DNA of 64,000 bases from Octopus sinensis (lineage: Eukaryota): contig NC_043001.1 of assembly GCF_006345805.1 (NCBI RefSeq), positions 73,718,001-73,782,000 on the forward strand, in the 5' to 3' direction. Both the position numbers and the translations under genes were made by a program. This document shows positions 36,916 to 49,751 of this stretch, one piece after another (position 1 is the first letter of the stretch; each line of letters begins with the position of its first letter). Under the pieces are notes generated by a model. That model ran no database searches, had not been told where the DNA came from, and saw only the letters and a program-made list of their open reading frames with translations.

Positions 36916-37859
36916 GAAATGTATATGCATCTATTTCTAGTATAATTTCGTGGTTTTGGATGACAGTAGAAGAAAAGAACTTGACTAGCAAAGAAGCCTT
37001 TGTGGATATTGATTCATATGAAATTGTTTTACACTATTGTTGTACATTTCATTTCCCATCATTCCTTCTTTATTACGTGAGCTCTCACATCATGCATACA
37101 CATAACTTCAGTTAAAATAGGTCTAAATAGGTAAATTACTGAAAGTATACTGTAACATGAACAGAAAATAGATTCCTGTAATAATACAAGAAAACTGATA
37201 CTTTTACATTTGTTTACACTAAAAAGTTTTAGTTTCCCTGTTCATGCCTCATGCACATTCAGTTTTCATCAGATTTGTATGTTTGAATGCGTGTGTGTGT
37301 GTGTGTGTGTGTAGCTGGAGTGTGTGTGTGTAGCTGGGGTGTGTGTATGTGTGTATATATATATATTCACATAAAGATGTATGTATATATGTATGTATGT
37401 ATATCAATAGATAGATTATATATATTCTTTGAATGTCCTCTTTTCTATGCATGCTCACATGTGCTGAATAGAATATGTTGAGTTATGATGACCAGATGCC
37501 CTTCCTGTCACCAACCCTTCTTGTTTCCAAGTGAGGTAATATTACCAGACATGATTTCATAGAAGATTGGAAACAAAAGATACCACCACTTTCATGATGG
37601 AGACATTTGTGTGCAATTGTCATGCTGTGTTAAGGCAAGAAGACAGTAAAACACACACACACACACACTCCTTTTAGTTTCCATATCCACTCAGTAAACT
37701 TTAGTCAGACTGGAACTATAGTAGAAGACACTTGGCTAATGTGCCACACAGTAGCACTGAACCTGAAAACATTTGGTTAGAAAAGAAACACAGGTGTGCA
37801 CACACACAACTATATATTTTATGTGTATGGAAGGTCAAGTAAACATCAGAGAAGCTCAG

Positions 37860-38480
37860 TTCCATGCAGAAACTGCAAGAGCTTCTAAGGGGTTTTGCAT
37901 GCTCTTCTAAATCCATTGCAATGCTGGAAACCTTTCCATATCATCAGCAGGTATCTCTGGGTCACAAGTGTTTTGCCCCTAGCCTGTGTACTTCACCTGA
38001 GTGGAGCAGTGCAGATTGAGCTAGTCTTCCTCTATGGAAGAGTTCAACTTGTAGTCTTTTATCAACCATAGCTATCTTGAGCTAGTTTCAGCTGCCGTGC
38101 CTATTTCCTTGATGACTTTCTTTAGTTGTCTGGTTTCCAGACCTATCATCTACAGGAGTATAGCTCACTGATCTTGATAGAGAGTTGTGGCAGCTGAATG
38201 AGGATTTGAAGAATGAGACTGCATGCCAGCTCCTGACTTGGGCCTCATTGACTAAGTCCTGATATTTTGACTTCTTTACATGGTGGGAAATATTGAGTCT
38301 GTCCTAGGACACTGTGAGTTCGATCATGATGATTGTTTTTGTATTCCTGGAGAGCTGGAACATTTCTGGTTGGAGTGATGTTACCACTATCTCCTGGGAA
38401 GACAAGCCAAGCCTGTCCCTGTGGTCCACTTGCATCTCTCAGTCTGAGGTTGAACCCTTGTCTTAACATTATGTGGTAGT
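37860..38480 (-). mobile_element. 3' remnant of a REL-endonuclease non-LTR retrotransposon (HERO/NeSL-like)
   Basis: Minus frame reads EIVVTSLQPEMFQLSRNTKTIIMIELTVS*DRLNISHHVKKSKYQDLVNEAQVRSWHA, then LKKVIKEIGTAAETSSR*LWL. This is a decayed PD..ELTVPWE..K..KY motif followed by the C-terminal WLW motif. Confidence 0.8.
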
Positions 38481-38655
38481 TGTAAATGAGCATCATCTCC
38501 AGTCCTCAATGAAAAACATTCTGGTCATGGGAAATATTACTTTGTTCTTGGAAACAAGTGTGAGTTGGCAACGAAGTCATCTGGCTGTAGAAAATCTGCC
38601 TCAACAACTACTGTCTGCTTCATAGAAGCATTGAAGTGTAGATGGTAATTGATGA

Positions 38656-38656
<1 letters not shown>

Positions 38657-38735
<79 letters not shown>
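38657..38735. repeat. (CT)n(AT)n microsatellite
   Basis: Read directly from the sequence. Confidence 0.95.
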
Positions 38736-38736
<1 letters not shown>

Positions 38737-39739
38737 TGGTAATATGCCCCATGCATGTACTCTTGTGTCACTGTTCAGTGTATGCTATTCTTTGACCCAA
38801 TTTCATTTCTTAGTTCATTTCAGTTACTTTATCTTGGATGAAAGATATGAATTTCTCACTTATCACTTCTATTAGATTATACACTTAACTGTATAAGGTA
38901 GTGAGAAAAACCACATATTGCTGTCGAATTAATAGAACAGCCAGAGAGTGGAAACAGTTCATTTGTGAGCTTGATTTTGTAGTATGTTTGTAACTAAATG
39001 TTTGTCAATCAGTTCAATGTTGCTGCTTTGGCTGTGGTGAAACATATTTGTGTGTAACAGCATCACAGTGTCCTACATATGTGAGCAGTACTCTGGAGGC
39101 CTTGCTTTACATTTTGTAGTGAGTCAGCAACTAATAAATGGCCCAAGATGGCCCTGAAGTGGAAGCTTAATTGCTTGGATGTAATCTTGGTTATGCTATA
39201 TACATGAGGCCGTCTTGAAAGAAAATCAGAGATTTTAAGGTTTGGCATTTGTATTGATTTTGAGGGTTTTACTTGTGTGTTGTTGGTGAATAGAGAAGGT
39301 GATGTACAAAACTGTTTCTTGGAAGGACATAGTAAGTGGGGGGCAAGCTTTTTGTGTGTCTCTTTATGAAGAGTTTGATGTTTACATAGACTCTGTGTAT
39401 GTCTAGGTTGTGTGGATACTTGTATGCAAGATGTTAAAGAGTGCAGGCTAGTGTGTGTGTGTGTGCATATACAAGTAGATATTTTAATTTTTTATTTGTT
39501 TCAGTCATCAGACTGAACCAAGGATATTAGTCTTGCAAGAGTGACCTCACTAGTGCCATGAATAAAAGCACCCAGTACATGTGATAAAGGTGTTGGTATT
39601 AAGAAGGGTACCCAGCTATAGAAACCATGCCAAAGCAGACAGGAGTATGATGCAGCCTTCAGACCTATCATATCCTATCACACTGTCCAACTCATGTGAG
39701 TATAAATGTGAACATTAGATGATGAAGATTGTAAGTACA

Positions 39740-39765
39740 TGTGTGTGTGTGTATGTATGTATATA

Positions 39766-39833
<68 letters not shown>

Positions 39834-39840
39834 GGGGGGG
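39740..39840. repeat. (TG)(TA)n(GA)n microsatellite
   Basis: Read directly from the sequence. Confidence 0.95.
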
Positions 39841-40329
39841 CAGAAGGGGGAGAGGGATAGGTAGATAAATAGATTTACATATACACACATTTATATTTTC
39901 ATGTTTATACTACTTTTACTACTGTGAGTTCCACCTGTGAGTGTATTGGGTTTTTAGGCAATTTATGCCTGAAAAATGATGGAATTTGTACAGCTGTATG
40001 TTGGCTTCCTGTCATAGCATGTGTGGTAGGTAGAAAATACGATGAAAGTGGTGGAGAGAAGAAACAAGGAGATTTTTTTTCCTTTTTATCATATCTTTTC
40101 CCTATTGCCACACTCTATAACAGGAAACCTTTATATTGGTGTGCCAGTTCTGTCATTTTTCAGTCATGACCTGCCTGATGATCATGTGAACCCACAGTTG
40201 GAACTCAGAGTAGCAAGAGACTGACTTAACCAAAATAAAGTATACTAATAATCTCTATTATGGTATTGAGTACTCTTTTTTCTGACTGTCAGCGTTAAAT
40301 GTGTATACACATATATGTATATATATGTG

Positions 40330-40983
40330 AATGTAGGGATAAGCAAATTAAATAGATCAATATATAAAGTATATTGCATACATGAAATACAAAAATTTAT
40401 AAATGCATACATATGAAAAGGTCCAACTTACACAGAATACAAATGATATAGAGAATTAAAGGGGTGAAGGAAAAAAAATTACAAATCCTACAGCTGTTTC
40501 TGGGGGGGCTTGGCGGTTTATAGATTGATTCCCTCATAAGATGAGATGAGCCTCTGTCTTCATCCATTCATCACCTCTTCTCCCTACTTTCTACTACTAC
40601 TACTACTACTTAATAGCCTCTTTATTAACCCCTCACTCTAGAACTGTTTTCTCCTCTCACTATCCCCTACCTCCCCTTCCCCCACAGTTCTCCCCTCTAA
40701 TACACTTAGCTTTCCACATTCAATCATTCCATCTTTTCCCTGAAGATGGGTCTCATCTCATCTTATGATGGAATCAGTCTACATACATTATTATGGACCT
40801 CCAAGTCCCTAGAAACTGCTGTTGGATTTGTAATTCTTTTCCTCCACCCCTTTAATTCATTATATCATTTGTACTCTGTGTAAGTTGGACCTTTTCATAT
40901 GTATGCATTTATACATTTTTTTGTATTTCAGGTATTTAATATACTTTATATATTGATCTGTCTAATTCGCTTATCCCTACATT
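40330..40983. mobile_element. inverted repeat (arms 40330-40562 and 40741-40983) of a Penelope-like pLTR with hammerhead-like cores
   Basis: The arms are reverse complements over about 235 bp with scattered mismatches and one indel; the spacer of about 180 bp is pyrimidine-rich. The right arm reads TCC-CTGAAGA-T-GGG..CCC-TA-GAAAC-TGCT-GT-T-GGA; the left arm (minus) reads GAAAC-AGCT-GT-A-GGA. Confidence 0.75.
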
Positions 40984-41067
40984 TACTTCTGTACCTGCTC
41001 AAGCTTAAATCTCTTGAGTACTACTAAGTGTATTCTATATGGAGAATATCTGAATTTCATCTATGAA

Positions 41068-41068
41068 C

Positions 41069-41145
<77 letters not shown>

Positions 41146-41147
41146 TT
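41068..41147. repeat. (TA)n(TG)n microsatellite
   Basis: Read directly from the sequence. Confidence 0.95.
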
Positions 41148-41468
41148 GTATGCATGTATGTAGTCATGATAAAATACTCCCATGCCTAGCTGTAAAGTAG
41201 TGCAGGAATAAAGGATAGAGATAGGATAAAAATCCTTTCTGAGTTATGGATCCTATGAGTTCATAGAGCTAGTTTCCTGGTTTCTATGACAACTATTTTT
41301 TTCCTCAAATGAAAGGCGTGACCTCTAGGACAAAATTCCTCATCTATAAAATGTGGCCCCAGTAGACCCGAATGAAATCGGGTTATATTAACCAAAATGT
41401 GAAAAGGGGTCTAAATGGGGCTGGAAGAGGATTAAAATTTAAAGGAGCGAGTGTTTAGGAATCCTCTG

Positions 41469-41713
41469 TTACATCAAGCTAAAAAATTTGCGCCAGCCTT
41501 TTAATCGTCAATGTGTTGCCGTCCATGATGAAGAAGTTTTGAATGCTTGCCATGGTGAGTCTACTGTCGTGAGAAAGAATCACTTCAAAACTTGGTGTTT
41601 ACGATTTTTCTTTTACATCAAGTTCAAAATTTTACGCCAGCCGTTAAACTGTCAATACGTCAATACGTTGCTGTCCGTCGTTAAGAAAAGCCAGCCATGG
41701 TGACTCTACTATC
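41469..41713. repeat. diverged direct repeat (period 144 bp) within an unclassified CpG-rich block at 41280-41900
   Basis: TTACATCAAG..AAAATTT.CGCCAGCC...GCCATGGTGA.TCTACT starts at 41469 and 41613; copy 2 has an extra 8-bp GTCAATAC duplication. Confidence 0.8.
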
Positions 41714-42013
41714 CTCACATTCTATCCCTTCAATCTTTGGTTTCCAATATTTTATTATTTTTATTCAGCTCGCAAGTTCGTCTGTCCCTTTTAAATGTTA
41801 GCGTTTTGCTGTCTGTCTTGAAGCAGACCTTTCCGTTGCCACTGCCTGATATTTATGATTGATCTTTCTAAATATTTTATTTCTCAACTTACTCAAGATC
41901 TTTTGTTGTTTATAAATGGGAGAGAGATAGATAAAGATAGAGAGTCCGAGAGAAAAGAAAAGTAAGATAGTGGGAAAGTGAGAGAGAAAGGAGAGAGAAA
42001 CAAAGAGGGAGAA

Positions 42014-42325
42014 TCATCATCATCATCATTTATCGTCCGTTTTCCATGCTAGCATGGGTTGGACAGTTTGACCGGGGTCTGGGAAGCCAGGAGGCTGCAC
42101 CAGGCTCCAGTCTGATCTGGCAGTGTTTCTACAGGTGGATGACCTTCCTAACGCCAACCACTCTGTGAGTGTAGTGGGTGCTTTTATTGTGCCGCTGGCA
42201 CAGGTGCCGGGGGGGGGGGCCTCGCAGCGGCAATGATCGGTTGGTGCTTTTTACGTGCCACCGGCACAGAAGCCAGTCAAGGCGGCGCTGCAATCGGCCA
42301 CGTTCGGATGGTGCTTTTTACGTGC
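42014..42325 (-). mobile_element. young RTE-tailed SINE
   Basis: Close relative of 10578-10878 with CpGs intact. Confidence 0.85.
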
Positions 42326-42489
42326 TGAAAGGAAGCAACAGAAAGTAACAACCACACTCTTACCTGAGCATAGAGCGGATCACCTTCAGCTAGTCTACTT
42401 ATTAAAACTGAGCATTTCATTGTTACTTGAATTTCATGCTTGGGTATTGATTACTTTAATGAACGACAACTAATTATTATGCATATTTC

Positions 42490-42620
42490 AACTTTGTCTT
42501 CCATCCTTCTAGGGTTAATGAAATATGTACCACTTGAGCACCGGAGTTGATGTAATTGACTTACCCCGCCCCCCCCCCCCCCCGAAATTTCTGGCTTTGT
42601 GCCAAAATTTGAAACCCTTA
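42490..42620 (-). mobile_element. SINE family A fragment
   Basis: TTCCATCCTTCTAGGGTTAATGAAATATGTACCAC..GATGTAATTGAC..TTGTGCCAAAATTTGAAAC. These motifs read in the family sense as printed, so the orientation call is uncertain. Confidence 0.55.
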
Positions 42621-43221
42621 CTATAATACAAATTTTCAAAAGACTTGTTTAATGCACAAGTTTTGATATGTTTCCACTTTTGGATTGTGCCAGTATTAAA
42701 TGAGACAACTGAGAACCTTTTTAGTATCATTTAACTTCAAGTCTGTTCAAACAATACTTTACAATAAGAAAGGAAATATATGATTAAATAGTGTAATCGT
42801 AGATGTTCTGTCTAAATATATATATATATATATATATAATAAAAGCCACTCACTTGCTCACAGCTGAGATATGTTCGATCATAGAGCTATTGAATTGGGG
42901 CTGGCTCAGGGTTAAACAGCAACAAAAACAATTCACAAATTGATATTGTTCATGCTATGAGAGATCTGTTGTTATATTACTTAATTATAAGAGCATTAGA
43001 TTTCTTTATTCCTTTGTTTGTTTCAATCACTTGACAAGAGCCATACTGTAGTACCACCGTAAATGATTTAGTCAAACAGACTCCTGTCTTTTTTTTTATT
43101 TTCAAGTCTGGTACTTATTCTGTCAGTTTTTTTTGCGAAACTGCTAAGTTACTGGGATGTAAAGAAAGCAATATGGCTTGTCAAGTGGTGATGCAATAAA
43201 CAGAAATTCACACACACACAC

Positions 43222-43500
43222 ATGTATCATCATCATCATTGTCTGCTTTAACGTCTACTTTCCATGCTGGCGGGAGTTGGACGGTTTGACTAAGAACTAG
43301 CAAGCCAGAAGGCCGTACCAGGCTCCAGTCTGATCTGGCAAGGTTTCTACAGCTTGATGCCCTTCCTAACGCCAACCACTCAGAGAGTGTAGTGGTGCTT
43401 TTTATGTGCCAGTCAGGCGGTCCTGGCATTGACCACGCTTGAATGATGCTTTTTACGTGCCGCCAGCACAGCAGCTAGTCAGGTGGCACTGGCCACAGCT
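43222..43500 (-). mobile_element. RTE-tailed SINE
   Basis: CATCATCATT..TTAACGTCTACTTTCCATGCTGG..GATGCCCTTCCTAACGCCAACCAC. Confidence 0.8.
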
Positions 43501-43944
43501 GTGTGTGTGTGTGTATGTACGTGATGGGCTTAGGACAGTTTCCATCCATAAGTCATTGGTCATCTTGGGGCAATAGTAGAAGATACTTGCCTAAGGCACC
43601 ATATTGTGGTGTCTGAAACCACATATTTGTAAAGTAATCACACTGCATTGCCTGCACCTGTATGATAAATAAATAAAGGAAAGTAACACAGTTGATATTC
43701 CAACCTCGATTGATGAATACCAATTTTTATTTTTAGCTTATTGATATGAGACATTCTTAGTGTTTATCTGACAAGGTTTAAAGCAGGCTAAAGATGGTAA
43801 AATTTGGCTTCTGGAAAAACAGCTTTTGTTTTTAATTATATTTCTACTTAGTATGCACATAAACACATAGACAAATGTATACACAATTTTGTCAAAATTT
43901 ATTGAAGAATAACTAATTATGGAGAATTTTTTTAGGAAGTTATC

Positions 43945-44340
43945 ATTATCAACATTTTAGTGTCCACTTTTCCTGGCTCACAGGGATCAGACAGAATTTG
44001 TTGGGGTGGATTTTTCTATGACTGGATGCCTTTCTTATCACCAACTGTTAACTGTTTCCTACTAAGATGATATTTCCCCATAACCAGATGTGTTCTTTCA
44101 CTGAAGTTTGGAAATGAATGACACTACATGCATAGCAGTAGTAACATCCATTTTACAACTTGCACATGAAGTCAAGGTAAGGTAACAGCAACACACACAT
44201 ACACATATGGCAGGGTTCCACATAGTTTCCTTCTATCAAATTCATTCACAAAGCATTAATTAACCTGGGACCATAGTAGAAGGCATCTGCCCAAGGTGTC
44301 ACTTGATGGAATTGAACCTGAAACCATGTGATTGGGAAAG
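43945..44340 (-). mobile_element. RTE-tailed CORE-type SINE
   Basis: Same architecture as 3050-3462. Confidence 0.7.
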
Positions 44341-45956
44341 CCTCAACAAGTTTGAAATTGTACAAAGGGAAAATGAGACTTCTTCAGATATTTTAATTCC
44401 ATAGGCATGGCAATAGTTAAGGTTTTTTTTCTTTGTAACCAATTGGAAACATGAGGGTTGGCTACAGGAAGAACATTCAGTCTTAGAAAATCTGCCTCAA
44501 GAAATTACATTTGCCCCATGTGAGCATGGAAAAGTGTTCATTAAAATGATTGACAATAATGACTTTCTACAGGAACTCTGAAATAATTTCTCAATATTCC
44601 AAAGGAATATCTTATGTATAAAATATTTCAAAAATTTCCATTATATTATATTTGTTTTGTGTGCATTCATATTTACTACATTGATTCTAATCACCTTCCC
44701 TGCATAATATTGCTGTTCCTATCTCAGAAGTTAAAAAGCTAAAGATTCTTACAGTCATGTGTATATATGTCTGTCTCTTTTTTTAATCTTTTATTTTTAT
44801 TATTTTTTTAATTTTCTTTTATTTTTGCTTTTTTTGGTGTGATCTACTTTAGTGAAATATTTACAACATATCTTTGAGACATGTTTGAAATTCCTTACTT
44901 TCCCTGGTTCTCTAGAAGTATGTAATGAAAAAAAGATTTTTTTCCCTTTTTCTTTTTTACCATGTGTGATAAATAACCTGGTGCTAATATGTTGCTTCCT
45001 CTTGCATCATAAGCATTATATGGATGGAATAATCTGCTCACACATTTCTTTAGCTCTTGGATTGGCAGCTGTTTAAGTTAGCATCTCTCTTGTTTTTTTT
45101 ATTTGTTTTTATTTTTCTTTGTATTTGTTCATACCTAGAACCTTATATAACTTGGGACTTGCTGTGCAATGAAAAAATCAAGAATAAAATAACTGAAAAA
45201 TCTGGAATATAACTCTTGTAATGATACACAAATAAATAAATAAAATTTTGTTTTGCTTGAATAAGAGACAAGAAAATAAGTTAGAAAGAATGGCTGTGAT
45301 AGAATACTTGGTTTGTTGACTCAGGTTCTATTTGAAATACTAAAATGCCTTTCGATGTTTATTCTGGCTCTTTATGTTCTAAGTTCAAACCCTGCTGAGG
45401 TCAGCTTTGCTTTTCATCCTTCTGAGTTTGGGAAAATAAAGTATGAGCTAAGTACTAGGGTTGATATGATTGACTATACTACATTTTGGCTGCTTGTCTG
45501 TCTGTGGAATGATTAACTATTTAAAGAATATCATGTCTTTTTTTTACTACTCTGTGACTCAAAGAAATACAACTTCTTATCACAGACATTGGGTTTAGGG
45601 ACTTTTTATGCTTGTTTGATCTGTTAGATGTAGCAGCCAATTTTCATTCAAATAACATTTTTGTGTCTTTAGAAGAATAACATATAGAATTATGTAGTCC
45701 AAGATAAACTGTCTGGAGAAAAAAAAAAAAAAAGAAAATATTTGGGATTATGGTAAAATACATTTGAACATAAGTCTGTTTGATCTAGCTGATCTGAAGC
45801 TGAGCTATATGTTCTCTTTTTTTTTTTGTTCTACAGTAAACTTCCTGCCATTTTATTTAGTTTTCATGCTCATTTAATAAATGTGTCTTGTGTAGCAATG
45901 ATAACTTTTTGAGAAACCAGAATATTCCCTTTTTCTACTGAAAGTTGTATTCCATG

Positions 45957-46290
45957 CACAGGCATGGCTTCTTGATTAAGAAGCTTGCTTTGCAACCATG
46001 TGATTTGAGGTTCAGTCCCATTGCATGGCACTTTGGCTGTTTTCTACTATAACCTCAATTTGGTAGACATAAACTGAAAGCAGCCCGTTTCATGTATGTG
46101 TGTAGGAATACTTTTGCCATGATATCATGTACTGATTATAAATGAACATCACCATCATATAAGTGATCATGTTTTGTTTCCAGTTATCTGGCCATGGCAA
46201 AAAATTACTTTGCTTGGAAATAGGTGAGGGTTGCGGACAATAAAGGAAATGAATTTTGTCTGGCATGTGAACTTTTAACGATGACGATGA
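45957..46290 (+). mobile_element. RTE-tailed CORE-type SINE
   Basis: GGTTCAGTCCC box B; tail ends TTTAACGATGACGATGA. Confidence 0.7.
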
Positions 46291-47846
46291 AAACCTTTTT
46301 GTAGAATATGAGTTAAACACCCAAAATCTGAATCCAGCCTATCAACTGTTATGCCATAATAGTTACATTAGCCTGAAATGATGGAGAATCAAACTGTATG
46401 ACTTTACTTCTGAAGGATTGACTTATTAATGAAGTCAGTTTACATCGTGTGTTGTGTTCTTATATATTAACATTCTCTTGTTACACTATTATGCTCTGTC
46501 AAAGTTTAGTCATTACAACTGAGAAAGCAGGATTGGTTCTGTATATATATGTTTATATATATATCTTAGCATATAGTTGTCATGTCATTTTTTACTAGAT
46601 TGAAACCCCACAAAAAAAAGATAAATGAAGAACAATCTTACAAAAATCTCCTAGAGGACCTTTTTGTACTTCTTCAACAACTTTTCTGATAGCATTTTCT
46701 GCTACTTAACTTAAATACTTTCTTTTTGTTAGTAGGTGCTTTACAGTAACACTACTTACTAATATACATGCTTGTTTTTTTAACCCCAGTTCTTCTTTGA
46801 TTTAATAGAACTATGACCATCCTGTCTTTTTGTATATCGTACTAGATGTCTTTCCTTTTTGAAGATGGTAGGGTGTGACTTGTGGAAATTTGGGTGCTAC
46901 TTCTAGTATGTCAAATGACAATGTAGAAAGATTTCAGTAGCTTAGTTTATATATATATATGTATTTATATATAATGTACATACGTTCTTGTTAGCTTTGG
47001 TCATTGCCTCAATTATAATATGGAATTACTAATTATAAACTCTTTATCTTAATTAGAGATGACACACCTCAGGGATAGATTGTTACCAATGGGGCTTTCT
47101 GGTGTTGTTGAACTGGCTAACATACCATCTAGTGCTCACCCAAAGTTATGTTTATTTGTGTTTCTGTTTCCAATCCCTTTAACATGTACAACTTAGGATG
47201 GTCAGAACTGAAAAGTTATGCAAACATAGTGTTAAAATGACTATTATTGGCTCAGTAGCAGAACACCAGACTAGACTATGTGTAGAAATTATGTAGGGAT
47301 GTCATTCCCAGGAAATGATAATTAAATAATCATATACTCAATGAAGTGTGCCAGAAAACATCGGTTAATTAAAACTGACTTTGCAGTGAAACATAAAATT
47401 CAGTGACCAAATGTTAATGGAATCTAATTAAGGCAAAGGTGTGACAACTCTGAAATTTTAATTAAATTTGAATTAACATGCATGGAGTGGGAGGGAAACA
47501 ATAACTTGTGGGTTAATGTTCATTTAAATTGGTCTTGGGTAAATGTAGTTGTTTTGGTTACGTAAGACCTCCTTAGCAAAACATGACATTTTCCAGAGAT
47601 TGTGTGAAATTGTTTAGTGTTTATTGAATAACTTGAAATCAGTCTTGATCAGGTATGTTTCTTAATCACACTCTAAAGTCAATAAAATCATCCCCATCAT
47701 TGTCATTTCAACAACTCCAAGCAATGTAATACTTCCCTATGGTCCAGTAGGCTTCCATAGAGGATTGGAAATGAATGACACTGCTTGTATGGTGATGCTC
47801 ATTTACTTGCTTTTCTTTTTTATATTTTATTTAAGATTGACTGGGT

Positions 47847-48037
47847 TTATTTAATTGGTGGTAGATTAAACTTGTCACCTGGTTTAACACCATGATCTGG
47901 CACCTTCACTGTTTTTAGCAAGTCTCCACTTTGTTGTAAGCGCCTAGGCAAAGTCTCTGGTTTGAGACTGCATTTCGCCCTCTCTCTCCTTCTACTGAAA
48001 CCCTGAAAAGGGTCGTGGACATGACTTTCCCTCCTAA
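47847..48037 (-). CDS. probable terminal coding exon of an uncharacterised protein (..RRESHVHDPFQGFSRRRERAKCSLKPETLPRRLQQSGDLLKTVKVPDHGVKPGDKFNLPPIK*)
   Basis: Long T tract plus TTAG/TTAG acceptors (exon start 48037 or 48033), 62 stop-free codons, visibly higher GC with CpGs retained, mixed codon usage, and AATAAA at the stop and again at 47831-47826. Confidence 0.6.
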
Positions 48038-48399
48038 CTAACCACAAAAAAAAAAAAAAATCAAAGTAAAACAAAGAACAATCCTGAATCAATCATATTT
48101 GATTTACTGAAATTATGTATTGGTATGTATACGTCTGAAGTTTTAAGAGAAACTGTTTTAGATGTTATTCAAGACATCATGCAAACTTAGTTAACTTTAA
48201 TATTAACTTGAGTTTACGTCTGTCCCTTTATTTCCCAGAATATTAGGGTGCCTGAACAAATAGTTTATACCTAAGTTATAGAGCAGTTTTAAACTTAATT
48301 TCACTTTGTTTCTGGTTTGGCATTAATAAAATTGGATTTCTAAAGAGACTAATGGAATGATAATGGAAACAGTTTAATAATTTGAAGAGATAGTGTTAT

Positions 48400-49719
48400 T
48401 TAATTTTTTTTTAGTCTGGAGGAAAGGCAGCATCCATGACTTCTGATACTGGAAAGAAGGGGGAGGAAGGTATCTTCAAACTGGAAGCCTTGCCCAAATG
48501 CTTGTAAGAGAGTGGATTTTGCTAAAGGCACAAAAATGGCAAGTTGCAGTGTTAAACCATGATAGGACTTGAACTTAGAATGCAAAGAGCTGTAACAAAC
48601 ACCACAAGGCATTTACTCCAACATTCTTATTGCATTAAGTTGTTACATCTTTTTATAGTGCCCTAAAGGATGAAAGACAAAGTTGATTTTGGTGGTATTT
48701 GAACTTAGAACACATGGAGTCAGAACAAATACCACAAAGCATTCTATCTAATACTTTAATCACTCTGCCAATTCATATGCTTGTGTATTATTATTATTGA
48801 AGCTGGCAGAATTATTAGCACATCAGACAAAATGCTTAGTGGCATTTCTTCTGTCCTAACATTCTGAGTTCAGTTGCCATTCAGGTCAACTTTACTTTTC
48901 ATCCTTTCAGGGTCAGTTAAATAAGTACCAACTGAACACTGCGGTCAGTGTAATCAACTTGCCCCCTCCCCTCAAATTGCATGCCTTGTACCAAAATAAG
49001 AAAGATTGTTTATTTATTTATTATTATTAAGGCAGCAAGCTGGCAGAATCATTAGTAAGCCAAGTGAAATGCTTAGCAGCATTCATCCATCTTCACGTTC
49101 TGAGTTCAAATTTCACTGATTTCAACTTTGTTTTTCACCCTTTTGGGGGTTGATCAAAATAAGCACCAGTGGAACTCTAGGGTCAGTGTAATTGACTTAT
49201 TCCTCTCCTGAAATTGTTAGCCTTGTGCCAAAATTTGAAATCATCATCATCATCATCATTATTATTATTGATTTGACTCAGGTTTGTTCCTATTCCTGGT
49301 AGAATTTATGTGGGTAGTTGGCTACTACTTGTAACCTTAGGTATTCACAAGCTTTCAATAGTCTTTCACGTACTTAAAACTCTTCTAATAATCTTTCCTG
49401 TCCCCAAGAGGCAAACTCTCTTTAGAAGCTCCACAGGACATTCTATTCCAATCTTCTTTTAACCATTTGTCTATATCTTTAATCACCGTTTATTATTATT
49501 ATTATTAAGGTGGTGAGCTAGCAGAATCGTTAGTACACTGGGTAAAATGCTTAGTGGTGTTTCATCTGCTGCTACATTCTGAGTTAAAACTCCTCTGAGG
49601 TCAACTTTGCTTTTGATCCTTTTGGAGTCGATAAATTAAGTACCAGTCAAGTACTTGGGTCGATGTAATCAACTATCTCCCTCCTCCAAATTACAGGCCT
49701 TGTGCCTATAGTAGAAAGG

Positions 49720-49751
<32 letters not shown>

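Noticed and set aside
36653-37115. ORFs of 112-128 aa in the track (also at 26890, 31564-32144, 38642, 39678 and 60707)
   Set aside because: They are read-throughs of (TA)/(CA)/(TG) microsatellites, giving YI/HT/CV repeats.
41483-41554. Minus-strand peptide MASIQNFFIMDGNTLTIKRLAQIF resembling a histidine ammonia-lyase N-terminus
   Set aside because: It stops after 24 codons with no usable donor, and the duplicate copy has stops.
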